Part shown: piece by piece, positions 29,501-38,037 of the stretch
Layout of the letters: each line of letters begins with the position of its first letter
How positions within the stretch are numbered: position 1 is the first letter of the stretch
Origin: Candidatus Rifleibacteriota bacterium
Lineage (GTDB): Bacteria; Muiribacteriota; Ozemobacteria; Ozemobacterales; Ozemobacteraceae
Assembly (NCBI GenBank): GCA_024710355.1
Contig: JANJUX010000055.1
Span: forward strand, 34,248-98,247
DNA: 64,000 nt
Reading direction: 5' to 3'
Made by a program: the position numbers and the translations under genes
The notes under the pieces: generated by a model
The model's database searches: none
What the model was told of the DNA's origin: nothing
The model's input: only the letters and a program-made list of their open reading frames with translations

Positions 29501-29763
29501 GAGGCAACCCCATCAGCCATGTTTACGCAAACCCGGGCAGATATAATGTTCTGGTAAGGGTTTACGCTGCAGATAACACTTCAACGCCGCTCGCCGTCGG
29601 AAAAACCGTAATCACCATTACCGCCAGAGACCCGCAGGTCAAAACCCAGCCGCCACAGCCGGCCGGCGACAAGCTGTTGCCCTGCGGCCATCGCCCCGGC
29701 GAGTGCCCGAGCCCGAAATCACTCAAGTGCTCACTGCATTCAGGAGAAATCAGTATTCGTTAA
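26530..29763 (+). CDS. giant (1095 aa) secreted coiled-coil protein with C-terminal PKD domain
   Basis: Signal peptide MKKTSKKIIAASLFPLFMAFSPLLA. Extensive heptad-like coiled-coil sequence. PKD signature near the C-terminus (WFFDDNSGAGNNRGNPISHVYANPGRYNVLVRVYAADN). Confidence 0.65.
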   Translation: MKKTSKKIIAASLFPLFMAFSPLLAEIISNDELIASAMAVAEGRATPRQQAIAFSCNDRINNLALTGKISNSVYQTNQQAFVEKNDELIRQAADKSGMTIASPKKQSKDYKPGTDTDRQLLGAGRELTVQNVKDARNNYNQAVAGYLKEAGLKADGGTNWAARLTTDIMPSPHQMKPDAFREATSYINSKGGLAYSDPEAARLQLDIDDEKKLSLSAAETKAYHNEMQHKIKEMSNEVRRLQQEKAGVTDPDRLDNLDAEIRKHTAFMSKYIARDNKVADLLIKETEALRERQKNARDKQADSRLNEGKYESNSSRLVEDSQQRNASKQAIRGEAAVDAMNEQLAVKATRRVNDAIAGLANAGDKSTQAGEIIAANLKKLPAARQSQAIADLEVKYGSEMAKSVAGALKKQQPTKSTAGDLPGSGRKQSICAGLGLVNTALNVRNQYAEGKSTTEILWNMSFAGDLETVSRETSDYTSREIERLRQKYRAAGEDPESTATKLKILAEASLKGTLHGSLTGSYELFKSASKGVAGAALTAGESAIFLVGEALDTGNVLDQALAEMKAQNMEQSVQNARAARFGRQAVAELKRLAGEADYLKSVLEQNARSARLFCRDADARLDELASLLRQSREAGEIAKAANLPELEKNLIKKIAATDREITALNRQAENALAVLKGGEPAVAEKTAKTLRAAADQHRSQLESIGAELDKMLGIISGPDDKMLREAAGAISANLIEQSGKATANAEIMRKNEAQYKKVLAAFDSLKSRVEEAESFFADKRQANEGDWMVIRSDISRITRPDGRMPEAFFAEVGTLERLPEKIKSDLARLKMPAGSAETVAESQPENEARVVQLAASLQNATDTLSRVYATIEKIAAAASPPPKQASDVRIQAPQNAFAGEPVQFRAELPVTVSVGLSVGSSVRPAVRFDPYDGHDPDSAHGMLALSEYKRAYESGRAEEYIAEKTGQKSSGSTAPVIEWFFDDNSGAGNNRGNPISHVYANPGRYNVLVRVYAADNTSTPLAVGKTVITITARDPQVKTQPPQPAGDKLLPCGHRPGECPSPKSLKCSLHSGEISIR

Positions 29764-29796
29764 CGCGGTGACAGTCAGACAAAATTCTGCAATGGC

Positions 29797-32175
29797 CTAG
29801 CTGCCGGGTAAGGCTTTGCTTTTTGCGGTTTTTTCAAGTTTCTGGCGGTTTTCGGCTTTTCTCAGAGCCATGTTGAGCTCGGTCTTTGTGTAACCGAACT
29901 TTTTCATCAGAGTGTCGAGGTACTGCTGCTCTTCGGGCGAAACTTCGCCATCGGCCATGGCCATGCTGACCGCGGCTTCGAAGAGTTCCATGGCTTCTTT
30001 GCGGGTTTCGGGTTCCGGTATATAAAGCTCGCCCTGGCGCATCGACTCAACTATGCCATTGAGCATGTATTCAGGCATTGCGAAGCGGGCAGCGAAATTT
30101 TTAAGCAGGTTCATCTCGGCCGGGTCGATCTTGCCGTCGGCAAGCAGCATCTTTGCCGCCATCGATACCATGTCGCGGCCCGATCTGACGTTCTTTTGCT
30201 CAGCCTGTTCTCTCTTGACCTCTATGACTACCTTTTCCATCAACTGCTTTTTGCGGGCAATGATGTCGATGTATTCCTGGCTCTTTTCGTTGATGGTCTT
30301 TTCAAGAATCCACTCGGTGCCGTCATTGAGAATGGTATTGCAGTAATTACAGCTGATCGCGAAGTTCGAGGTCAGCGGGCCGCCGCACTTGCGGCAGTGA
30401 GCACTGCTGAGAGTATTGTTAATGTTGGTCTTCATGCCTTTCTGGCGCACGAGAACCAGAACATCGCGTCGCGGCCGGCTGAAACGGTGCAGCGCCGGTT
30501 CGCGGCCTTCGGGCGTAATTTCGACCGGTATGCCGCTCCAGACCAGCAGTACGTAAAGGCGTTCGACCTTGTCGCTGAAGGTGATCGCCTTGAGGGTTGC
30601 CGAAGCGAATGAGACGTTTTCCATGTATGAGTAGTTTTTTACGCCTTTGAGGCCAAAGCTGAAGAATTCGCAGGCCTTTTCGGTGGCGAAGCGCAGCAGT
30701 GGTTCCATGATGCGCTTGCGCTCGACCAGTCTGAGCATCCAGAAAATGACCGCCGAACGGTCTTCGACCTGCTGAATCGTGAAGCCAGGGTCTGAGGCGG
30801 CGAGATCGTTCCAGCCCGGTACCAGGCGCGGGTTGGCGTATTCCCACTCGCAGGCCTGTGTGATCTGCGAGAGCACCCAGTCGTAATGCCCCGAGCGAAT
30901 GAACGATGAACAGACGGGGCAGACGGTGGCCTGGCCGATTTCGATCGGGTTGCCGCAGTTCGGGCAGCTGCCTTCGAGCAGACCGGGTTTCTGCAGAGTT
31001 TTGGCCGAGGGGCGGCGAATGAACGACCAGAATTCACTGATCGCCTGGTTCTGGTTTTCGGCGTTGAGAGTCTCGCCGGTGACAATGTCAATCGCGGTCT
31101 CGACCGCTTCGGCAGTTACCAGAACGTGCACCTCGTCGAAGCTGCCGTCAGAGGTGACACGGGCCATCTGGACCGTCTGAATCTTAACTTCGGGGCAGCT
31201 GAACTTGACGCCGGCTTCTTTCTGCTCTTCGATACGGCAGCGAAACTGCTCGTAAAGGGCGTCAGAAACCATCGCCTGAATCGTTTCGATCTTGTGGTCG
31301 TAACAGGCCTGATGAATTTTTTCGAAGGCGACGCAGAACTTGTCGATGAAAGCTTCCGGGCTGAATTTCGGGTCGCGCTGTTTGATAGCCGCAATTGCCC
31401 GCTTCATCTCGCTTTTTTCCTGAATTTCGAGCATTGAAGAAAGAAGGCCGCGCGGCCGATTGGTCGGCTGCAGAGGCTCTTCTTCGGCATCCGTGATTCC
31501 GAGGCTGGCTTCTTTTACCTTTGACCAGCTGTCGGCCAGAGCCTCGATTTCGGGGCCGATAATCGACCAGAGGTCCTTTTTCAGCAGGTTGGTGGCTGGC
31601 GCGGTTTTTTTCTGCTGCGTGCTGCTCAGGCGCGAAAGAATTCTGACTTCGCGGCCGGCGTAGCGACTCTGCAGGGCATTGTTGGCTCTGATGGCAAACA
31701 GATGGCACATCGGCAGCATCAGAATGAAAGTGGCCGGTTTCTGCAGAAAATACCAGCTGCCGGCGATCAGCATAAGGCCGATAATTGTCAGAACACCGTT
31801 TCCGATACGATTCTGGTGCCAGAAAAAGACCGGCGTTACAAAGGCCGGTAATATTACCAGCGACTCGAACGGCGCGATGAAAAAGTAAAAAAAGCAGAAG
31901 AATAACGAAGCGCCGTAAGCCAGATAGACTACCGGTTCGAGCCGTTCTATCGCCCTGACGATTATGAAGCCGATGATGAGAAAAAAACAAAGAAATGAAA
32001 CGTCGGGCGAAAAATAATGTGCATACGACTGCGGCGGCCCTTTCAGTTCAAACACAGAAACCATGGTTGGCACGACGAACTCGTCGGTGATCGGCTCGAA
32101 ATAATAGGCCATGATTGCCGCCATAGTAAGTGTTATGACAAAAAACACATAAAATGATTCTTTTTCTATTTTCAT
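29797..32175 (-). CDS. polytopic membrane protein with two Tim44-like domains, two zinc ribbons and a C-terminal TerB-like domain
   Basis: About 7 N-terminal TM helices. Tim44-like segments (FIDKFCVAFEKIHQACYDHKIETIQAMVSDALYEQF; GFTIQQVEDRSAVIFWMLRLVERKRIMEPL). Zinc ribbons CPNCGNPIE...CPVCSSF and CRKCGGP...CNYCNT. TerB-like tandem helices (LADGKIDPAEMNLLKNFAARF; MADGEVSPEEQQYLDTLMKKFG). Confidence 0.65.
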   Translation of the reverse strand: MKIEKESFYVFFVITLTMAAIMAYYFEPITDEFVVPTMVSVFELKGPPQSYAHYFSPDVSFLCFFLIIGFIIVRAIERLEPVVYLAYGASLFFCFFYFFIAPFESLVILPAFVTPVFFWHQNRIGNGVLTIIGLMLIAGSWYFLQKPATFILMLPMCHLFAIRANNALQSRYAGREVRILSRLSSTQQKKTAPATNLLKKDLWSIIGPEIEALADSWSKVKEASLGITDAEEEPLQPTNRPRGLLSSMLEIQEKSEMKRAIAAIKQRDPKFSPEAFIDKFCVAFEKIHQACYDHKIETIQAMVSDALYEQFRCRIEEQKEAGVKFSCPEVKIQTVQMARVTSDGSFDEVHVLVTAEAVETAIDIVTGETLNAENQNQAISEFWSFIRRPSAKTLQKPGLLEGSCPNCGNPIEIGQATVCPVCSSFIRSGHYDWVLSQITQACEWEYANPRLVPGWNDLAASDPGFTIQQVEDRSAVIFWMLRLVERKRIMEPLLRFATEKACEFFSFGLKGVKNYSYMENVSFASATLKAITFSDKVERLYVLLVWSGIPVEITPEGREPALHRFSRPRRDVLVLVRQKGMKTNINNTLSSAHCRKCGGPLTSNFAISCNYCNTILNDGTEWILEKTINEKSQEYIDIIARKKQLMEKVVIEVKREQAEQKNVRSGRDMVSMAAKMLLADGKIDPAEMNLLKNFAARFAMPEYMLNGIVESMRQGELYIPEPETRKEAMELFEAAVSMAMADGEVSPEEQQYLDTLMKKFGYTKTELNMALRKAENRQKLEKTAKSKALPGS

Positions 32176-32204
32176 GGCGCTGTTCCTGTCGTGTCGTTGT
32201 TAGT

Positions 32205-34502
32205 TCACTGTGAGCCCTTTGTGGCAATAAACGGGCGAATCAGTTTGCGAATCTGGTCTATCTGAACCGGCTTGAAAATGCAGTCATCCATTCCGGCTTT
32301 GAGGCACAGATCTTTATCCTGCTCAACCGCATTGGCTGTCAGCGCCACAATTACCAGGCGATGCCCGTTTCTGGCTTCGATTTTTCTGATTTCCGAAGCA
32401 GCCTGGTAGCCATCCATCTCCGGCATGAAGCAGTCGAGGATAATCAGGTCGTAGTTTTTGTCGCCTGCCATTTTAACAGCTTCGCCGCCATTGGTGGCAG
32501 TATCGGGTTCAAAGCCAAGCTGCCTGAAAAGCAGACAGATAACCTTCAGATTGATGGGCACATCGTCAGCCACGAGAATTGCCAGATCTGGTTTTTCACC
32601 GGCAGATCTGTTGTTTTTTCTCGCTGTTTCAAGTGCCGCCGCGGTTTCTTTTTCAGAATTCCGGGCAGCGGCTTCGGATTGCTCCGCAATCGCAAGCGGC
32701 AGAGTGAACCAGAAACAGGAGCCTTTGTCCGGATGACTTTCGACGCCGCATTCGCCACCGATGATTTCTGTAAGACTTTTGGCGATCGACAGGCCGAGGC
32801 CGGTCCCTTCCGCTTTTCTGGCCGAACTCATTGCAAGCTGGGAAAATTTTCTGAACAGCTGTGGTTGTTTTTCTGCAGGAATCCCGATGCCGGTGTCCTT
32901 AACGCTCAGTTTCAGCAGGGCTTTCGCTTCAGTCTTTTCAAGGCATTCCACCTCGACCGTGACGCCGCCCTCACGTGTGAATTTAATGGCGTTACTCATG
33001 AGATTCAGAAGAATCTGGCGAATCCGGATGGGATCAGAGACGAAAAATCTCGGAATCTCTCCGGGATAATTGCTTTTCAGAAAGATTCCCTTGCTTTCAG
33101 CACCCAGCAGGAGCAGCTTGCGGCAATCATCGAGCAGTGTCTCAAGCGAAAAACATTCGGATTTGAGAGACATCTGGCCCGCTTCAATTTTAGAAAAATC
33201 AAGAATATCATTGATCAGATCGAGAAGAATGGTCGCCGACGAATGAATAATCCGCAGGTATTCACGCTTTTCTTCTTCGGTCTCGGTTTCGAGCAGCAGA
33301 CTCACCATGCCGAGCACACCGTTCATCGGCGTTCTGATCTCGTGGCTCATCGACGCCAGAAAATCACTTTTGGCGACATTGGCCGCTTCGGCCGACTCTT
33401 TGGCCTGCAAAATCTCTTTTTCTGCCCTGATGCGTTCGCACATGCGCCAGGATGACTGCAGCAGCAGGGTCAGCTGCAGTATATCAGTCTGGTTGTATTC
33501 GGTTTTTTTGTCTGCAACGCCGACAACGCAGACGATCTGGTCATTGTCAAAAATCGGCAATGTCAAAAAGCGGCTGATATGCACATGCCCCTTGGGATAC
33601 CCCTTTTTCAAAGGGTTTTGCGCCGCAAAGTCATTGACAATGATTGGTTGCCGCTGTCTGACCGCTTCGCCCCAGATTCCGGTTTTATCGAGTTCATAGC
33701 AGGTCTGGGGGTTAATGATCGAGCATTCTTTCATGACGTCTTTTGACCAGGAATTAAGTATGAATTCCCGCTTCTGTTCGTTATAAAAGTAAATGTAGCC
33801 AATGCGGCTGCCGGTCAGCTTTACCGCCTCGTCAAGCGTAAAGTCCATGAGATTCTGAATGTTGCGGTCAGCAAACTGGGAAACCCTCAACAGGCTGCTC
33901 AGACGTTCGTGATTCACTTTAAGGTCCATTTCGATGTTTTTGCGCTCGGTAACATCGAAGCAGTAGCCAATATAACCGGCAAAATTGCCTGCAAGGTCGA
34001 TGAACGGGCAGCCGATATCAAGGTTCCAACGATATTCACCGTCATGGCGCCGCAGTCGGTATTCCATCTCAAAGAACTCGCGTTTTTTGAAGGCGGTCAG
34101 CCAGATTTCGACGCAGCGGTCAAAATCTTCCGGGTGTACGCCGCTGGCCCAGCCGTTTCCCATTTCCTGATCCATTGTGCGGCCGGTGAATTTCAGCCAG
34201 GTTTCGTTGAACCAGTCACACATGGCAGAGGTGTCTGAACGCCAGATAAGCGCCGGTGCCTTCGCCAGAATGTCGAGGTAATGCGGCCGGTTTTTATCCA
34301 GCAGATTCTGGGCCCTGGCCTGTTCTTCCATTTCTGCCGTCAGCTCGCAGGTTCGGCATTTTTCTTTGTGTTTCAGTTCTTCATTGCCTGCCTGAAGCTT
34401 TTCGGTGGTGATCCGCAGGTTTTCTCGGGTCGATTGCAGCTCAAGCTCAAGATTCTTTATATGCTGGCGCAGATGCGCGATCGAGTTCAGGTCTGCTGTC
34501 AT
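32205..34502 (-). CDS. hybrid sensor histidine kinase/response regulator (coiled coil-PAS-GAF-HisKA-HATPase-REC), cytoplasmic
   Basis: SHEIRTPMNGVLGM H-box, G-box GTGLGLSI, and a receiver domain with DDVPINL...DLIILDCFMPEMDG. No TM segment. Confidence 0.85.
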   Translation of the reverse strand: MTADLNSIAHLRQHIKNLELELQSTRENLRITTEKLQAGNEELKHKEKCRTCELTAEMEEQARAQNLLDKNRPHYLDILAKAPALIWRSDTSAMCDWFNETWLKFTGRTMDQEMGNGWASGVHPEDFDRCVEIWLTAFKKREFFEMEYRLRRHDGEYRWNLDIGCPFIDLAGNFAGYIGYCFDVTERKNIEMDLKVNHERLSSLLRVSQFADRNIQNLMDFTLDEAVKLTGSRIGYIYFYNEQKREFILNSWSKDVMKECSIINPQTCYELDKTGIWGEAVRQRQPIIVNDFAAQNPLKKGYPKGHVHISRFLTLPIFDNDQIVCVVGVADKKTEYNQTDILQLTLLLQSSWRMCERIRAEKEILQAKESAEAANVAKSDFLASMSHEIRTPMNGVLGMVSLLLETETEEEKREYLRIIHSSATILLDLINDILDFSKIEAGQMSLKSECFSLETLLDDCRKLLLLGAESKGIFLKSNYPGEIPRFFVSDPIRIRQILLNLMSNAIKFTREGGVTVEVECLEKTEAKALLKLSVKDTGIGIPAEKQPQLFRKFSQLAMSSARKAEGTGLGLSIAKSLTEIIGGECGVESHPDKGSCFWFTLPLAIAEQSEAAARNSEKETAAALETARKNNRSAGEKPDLAILVADDVPINLKVICLLFRQLGFEPDTATNGGEAVKMAGDKNYDLIILDCFMPEMDGYQAASEIRKIEARNGHRLVIVALTANAVEQDKDLCLKAGMDDCIFKPVQIDQIRKLIRPFIATKGSQ

Positions 34503-34652
34503 AATATTGAGACCAACCTTTCAAAAGCTTTCGGTGACGCGTTATCTCTGCTTTTATATGTTGAATTATAACACGTCCCAAAGTTTTTGTTTGCCGGCAT
34601 GTTTTGTTAAAATTTGTTACACTTGGCATGCCCACACATGCAGGAAAAACAA

Positions 34653-36077
34653 ATGAACAATCTCGTATGGTTCCGGCGCGATCTGCGCATTTCTGACAAC
34701 CGTGCTCTCACCGCCGCCTGCAACAGCGGTTGCGGTGTAAATGCCGTTTATGTGCTTACGCCGCAGCAATGGCAACAGCACGACGAGTCGGCTGCCAAGC
34801 TCGCTTTCTGGCACGCCTGCCTGCAGAAACTCGAAGCCGATCTGGCAACTCTGGGAATCGGCCTGCGACTGCTGGTTGCCCCGTCTTTTTCTGAAGTGCC
34901 CCGGGCTCTGCTGCAGCTGGCGAAGAGCATCGGAGCAACCGGTCTTTATTTTAACAACGAGTACGAGTGCAACGAAAATGCCCGTGACGACGCGGTGTGT
35001 GCCACCTTTGCCACTGCCGGCATAAAAACCCGGCGCTGCGACGACCGGGTTCTGCTGCCGCCCGGCAGTGTTTTGACCGGTAATTCGAGTTATTACACGG
35101 TTTTTACCCCGTTCCTGAAAGCCTGGTTGAAAAAAGCTGCTGAAACAGACCTTGCACCTTTGCCGGCGCCAAAACCGCCCGGTGCGGCGCTGGTTATCGA
35201 GAAGCCTGCCAGCGCTGCCTGGCATTGTAACTCCGACTGGCGCAGCGATCTGTGGCCGGCCGGCGAAGCGGCAGCGCAGCAGATACTGCAGAAGTTTGCC
35301 GCCGGCAGGGTGGGGGAATACCACCAGAAGCGCGACTTCCCTGGGGTTAACGGCACCAGCCTGCTGTCGCCTTATCTGGCGGCCGGCATTCTGTCGCCCC
35401 GGCAGTGTCTGGCGGCTTTGACCGGTGGTCAGAAAAACTGGCCGGCCGAAGGCTCCGGCGCCTGGGTCTGGTTGTCAGAACTGGTCTGGCGCGATTTTTA
35501 TGCGCATGTTCTCGTCGGGTTTCCGCGCGTCAGTCGCGGGCAGCCGTTCAAACTGCAGACAAAAGCCCTGCACTGGAATTACGACCCCGAAAAACTCGAA
35601 AAATGGCAGAATGGCCAGACAGGGTTTCCGATCGTCGATGCCGCGATGCGCCAGCTGCGGCAGACCGGCTGGATGCACAATCGCCTGCGCATGATCGCCG
35701 CCATGTTTCTCAGCAAATACCTGTTCGTCGACTGGCGGCTCGGCGAGAAGTTTTTTATGCAGAATCTGCTCGACGGCGACCTGGCCGCCAACAACGGCGG
35801 CTGGCAGTGGTCAGCTTCGACCGGCACCGACGCGGTGCCCTATTTTCGCATCTTCAACCCGTTCAGTCAGAGCGCCCGTTTCGACCCTGACGGTTCATTT
35901 ATTCGCAAATTCTGTCCCGAACTCGCCGAAGTGCCAACCCCGGCGCTGCACGACCCGAAAAAGCTTGCTGCAGCAGTCAGCTCGCTGAAGATCGATTATC
36001 CGCCTCTGCTCGTCGACCCGCAAAAAGCCCGGCAGCAGGTCATGACAGCCTTTAAAGCCATCGGGCAGGCACAATAA
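34653..36077 (+). CDS. phr: deoxyribodipyrimidine (CPD) photolyase
   Basis: MNNLVWFRRDLRISDNRAL N-terminus. FAD-binding C-terminal half with WRDFY, GWMHNRLRMI and NGGWQW motifs. Confidence 0.85.
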   Translation: MNNLVWFRRDLRISDNRALTAACNSGCGVNAVYVLTPQQWQQHDESAAKLAFWHACLQKLEADLATLGIGLRLLVAPSFSEVPRALLQLAKSIGATGLYFNNEYECNENARDDAVCATFATAGIKTRRCDDRVLLPPGSVLTGNSSYYTVFTPFLKAWLKKAAETDLAPLPAPKPPGAALVIEKPASAAWHCNSDWRSDLWPAGEAAAQQILQKFAAGRVGEYHQKRDFPGVNGTSLLSPYLAAGILSPRQCLAALTGGQKNWPAEGSGAWVWLSELVWRDFYAHVLVGFPRVSRGQPFKLQTKALHWNYDPEKLEKWQNGQTGFPIVDAAMRQLRQTGWMHNRLRMIAAMFLSKYLFVDWRLGEKFFMQNLLDGDLAANNGGWQWSASTGTDAVPYFRIFNPFSQSARFDPDGSFIRKFCPELAEVPTPALHDPKKLAAAVSSLKIDYPPLLVDPQKARQQVMTAFKAIGQAQ

Positions 36078-36189
36078 AACAGCTGCCGCCTCAGATACGA
36101 CAGCTGTATAAAGGCAGGAACCCGGGGGGAATAAGGTGAAATCAGGCCGGCATGCTCTGATCCGTCGCGGAGAAAGATTGTCCGGTCGA

Positions 36190-36636
36190 TCAGATTTCTT
36201 CTTCGGTCAGCACTTCGATGCCGTTCTTCAGAAGCAGGTCGGCAGTGAAACCGTTGCCAGCGATCAATCTGCCCGAAAAGCTGCCGTCATAAACCTTGCC
36301 CTTGCCGCACGATGGCGACCTGGATTTGAGAATCGCGCTTTTGCAGCCGTATTCTTTCGCCAGGGCAAGTGTGATTTCGGCGCCGCGGTTAAACTGGGCC
36401 GTTACATCGGTTCCGGTTTTGCTGAAGACTTTTTCACCTTTAATTTCAGAAGGTACGCGCGGCGTCGTCAGCCCGCCCAGCTGTTCAGGGCAGACAAGAA
36501 TTGTCTTTTCGTTCTTGACCAGCTCTTTTATTTTTTCATAGCTTTTGCTCAGCCCGTCAAAACGGCACGGCACGCCGGCCAGGCAGGCGCTGACGATAAT
36601 TATGCCGCCTTCCGGTGCTTTATGCCTGTCATTCAT
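36190..36636 (-). CDS. DUF523 (TudS-like, putative Fe-S) domain protein
   Basis: IIVSACLAGVPCRFDG and SPSCG cysteine motifs, as in DUF523. Confidence 0.6.
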   Translation of the reverse strand: MNDRHKAPEGGIIIVSACLAGVPCRFDGLSKSYEKIKELVKNEKTILVCPEQLGGLTTPRVPSEIKGEKVFSKTGTDVTAQFNRGAEITLALAKEYGCKSAILKSRSPSCGKGKVYDGSFSGRLIAGNGFTADLLLKNGIEVLTEEEI

Positions 36637-37036
36637 TTTGCTTTGCCTTCTCGATCAGCAGTTCCGGAAACCCCGTTGCCTGGTCGAATTTTCTGGAAAA
36701 CGACCACTCAGGCAGGATTGCCAGAAGTATTTCGGCAGTGGTATCGATGATGCAGCCGTAGCTGACATGCGCTCCGGTCACTTTTCCTGACTCATCTGCG
36801 ACTGAAATATGCAGGTGTGCCCCGTCAGGCGAAACAGATCCCATCAGAGTTAGTATTTCAAAATTGCCCGGAAACATTTCGGGCTGTTCCTGGTCTGCAA
36901 GTCGCAGGCAGACGGGCTTGAGGCTGCCGATGCCGGCAATGACGAAAGCTGCCTTGCCGCCGCTCAGGCTCAGAGCCTGCTCTACCGCTTTCCACAGATC
37001 GTCGCCAGGTAAAAGTCTTATTGGCAGTGTTTGCAT
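36629..37036 (-). CDS. PPC (DUF296) domain protein
   Basis: GIGSL...L...G.FEILTL.G PPC-domain pattern. Overlaps DUF523 by 8 nt. Confidence 0.55.
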   Translation of the reverse strand: MQTLPIRLLPGDDLWKAVEQALSLSGGKAAFVIAGIGSLKPVCLRLADQEQPEMFPGNFEILTLMGSVSPDGAHLHISVADESGKVTGAHVSYGCIIDTTAEILLAILPEWSFSRKFDQATGFPELLIEKAKQNE

Positions 37037-37087
37037 TTTTTTTTGTGGGCAATGCCTGCGAAAAGTCGCAGGCATTGCCGGAGGTGC

Positions 37088-37891
37088 TTATTTTATCAGG
37101 GCGGCAAGGCCGCTGAGGTTCATCTGCGCGATGTAGGCGTCGCAGACTTCGGGTTCGCCGGTGACGGTGACGTAGAAGTGGTGAATTTTGGTGGCTGCGG
37201 CCGGTTTGCGTTCGACGTAGACGGCCATGGTTTCTTCGTAGGGTTTGTTAACATAGGGGCCGAAGAAAAGAACGGTTTCGGCTTTGACATCATCGTGTTT
37301 GTCGCGACGAATGGCGAGGCTGGCGCCGGCGGGCGTCGGAATCACTTTATACGGGTGAAAGTCAGAACCGTTGGCATTGATGGCAACTTCGACCGTCAGT
37401 GATTTGGCTTCGAGGTCGCCGAGGGTTTTCTGCATTTTGTTCATACTGCTGTTGCCCTGCACCGTAGCCTGCATTTTCGCCTGTAGTTCCATGATTTTCG
37501 CCTGATCACCGGCTTCGGCGGCTTTCTGCATTTCTTCGCTGAGTTTGGCAAGCTGATCGCTCATGTTTTCGAGGCCGTCGGCATCGTTGGCCATCATGGC
37601 GCCGGCTTCCATGCTCTGCTGCATGCTCATTTCGCCCTTGTAGCTGCATGTTACATACATCTGGATCGGATATTTTTCTGAACCAACGCCGACTGTATTC
37701 GGAATGCTGATCTCTTCGGCTTTTTTTGCAATGCCATTCTGCGCATCGGGAAGCAGCCCGACGACTTTATTGTAAGCGGTTTGATAAAATGCCTTTTCAT
37801 CGGCATTGATCGGGCGTTCGGCGCCGCCGTCAGCAAAAAGAACCCCGGCCATCAGACAGAAAGCGGAAATAAGCATAACAAGTCGTTTCAT
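37088..37891 (-). CDS. secreted hypothetical protein with Met-rich helical segment
   Basis: Signal peptide MKRLVMLISAFCLMAGVLFA. Met-rich stretch MSMQQSMEAGAMMANDADGLENMSDQ...MQKAAEAGDQAKIMELQAKMQ. Confidence 0.5.
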   Translation of the reverse strand: MKRLVMLISAFCLMAGVLFADGGAERPINADEKAFYQTAYNKVVGLLPDAQNGIAKKAEEISIPNTVGVGSEKYPIQMYVTCSYKGEMSMQQSMEAGAMMANDADGLENMSDQLAKLSEEMQKAAEAGDQAKIMELQAKMQATVQGNSSMNKMQKTLGDLEAKSLTVEVAINANGSDFHPYKVIPTPAGASLAIRRDKHDDVKAETVLFFGPYVNKPYEETMAVYVERKPAAATKIHHFYVTVTGEPEVCDAYIAQMNLSGLAALIK

Positions 37892-37986
37892 TGGATTGTG
37901 TCCTCACAGTTGTGTATTTTCAAACCGCCGCTAATATACCGCTAACAAAGGTTACATCCAAGTCATTTTCTTGTAATACAAAATAA

Positions 37987-38024
37987 AACCGGGCTGCCCC
38001 GCATTGCTGTGAGGCAGCCCGGTT
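37987..38024 (-). terminator. rho-independent terminator after the GntR-ABC operon
   Basis: aaccgggctgcc-N14-ggcagcccggtt hairpin with the T-run on the minus strand (aaaataaa on plus, upstream). Confidence 0.65.
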
Positions 38025-38037
38025 AATCCAATCTGGA

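Noticed and set aside
28243-29520. 425-aa minus-strand ORF inside the giant PKD-protein gene
   Set aside because: The plus-strand frame has a signal peptide, continuous coiled-coil periodicity and a PKD motif. The antisense ORF has no features and an atypical composition.
31262-31990. 242-aa minus-strand alternative-frame ORF within the Tim44/TerB gene
   Set aside because: It is out of frame with the well-supported 792-aa ORF and extremely Arg/Ser/Pro-rich.
32361-33455. 364-aa plus-strand ORF antisense to the hybrid histidine kinase
   Set aside because: The minus-strand frame contains unmistakable HisKA, HATPase and REC motifs. The plus-strand ORF is a shadow.
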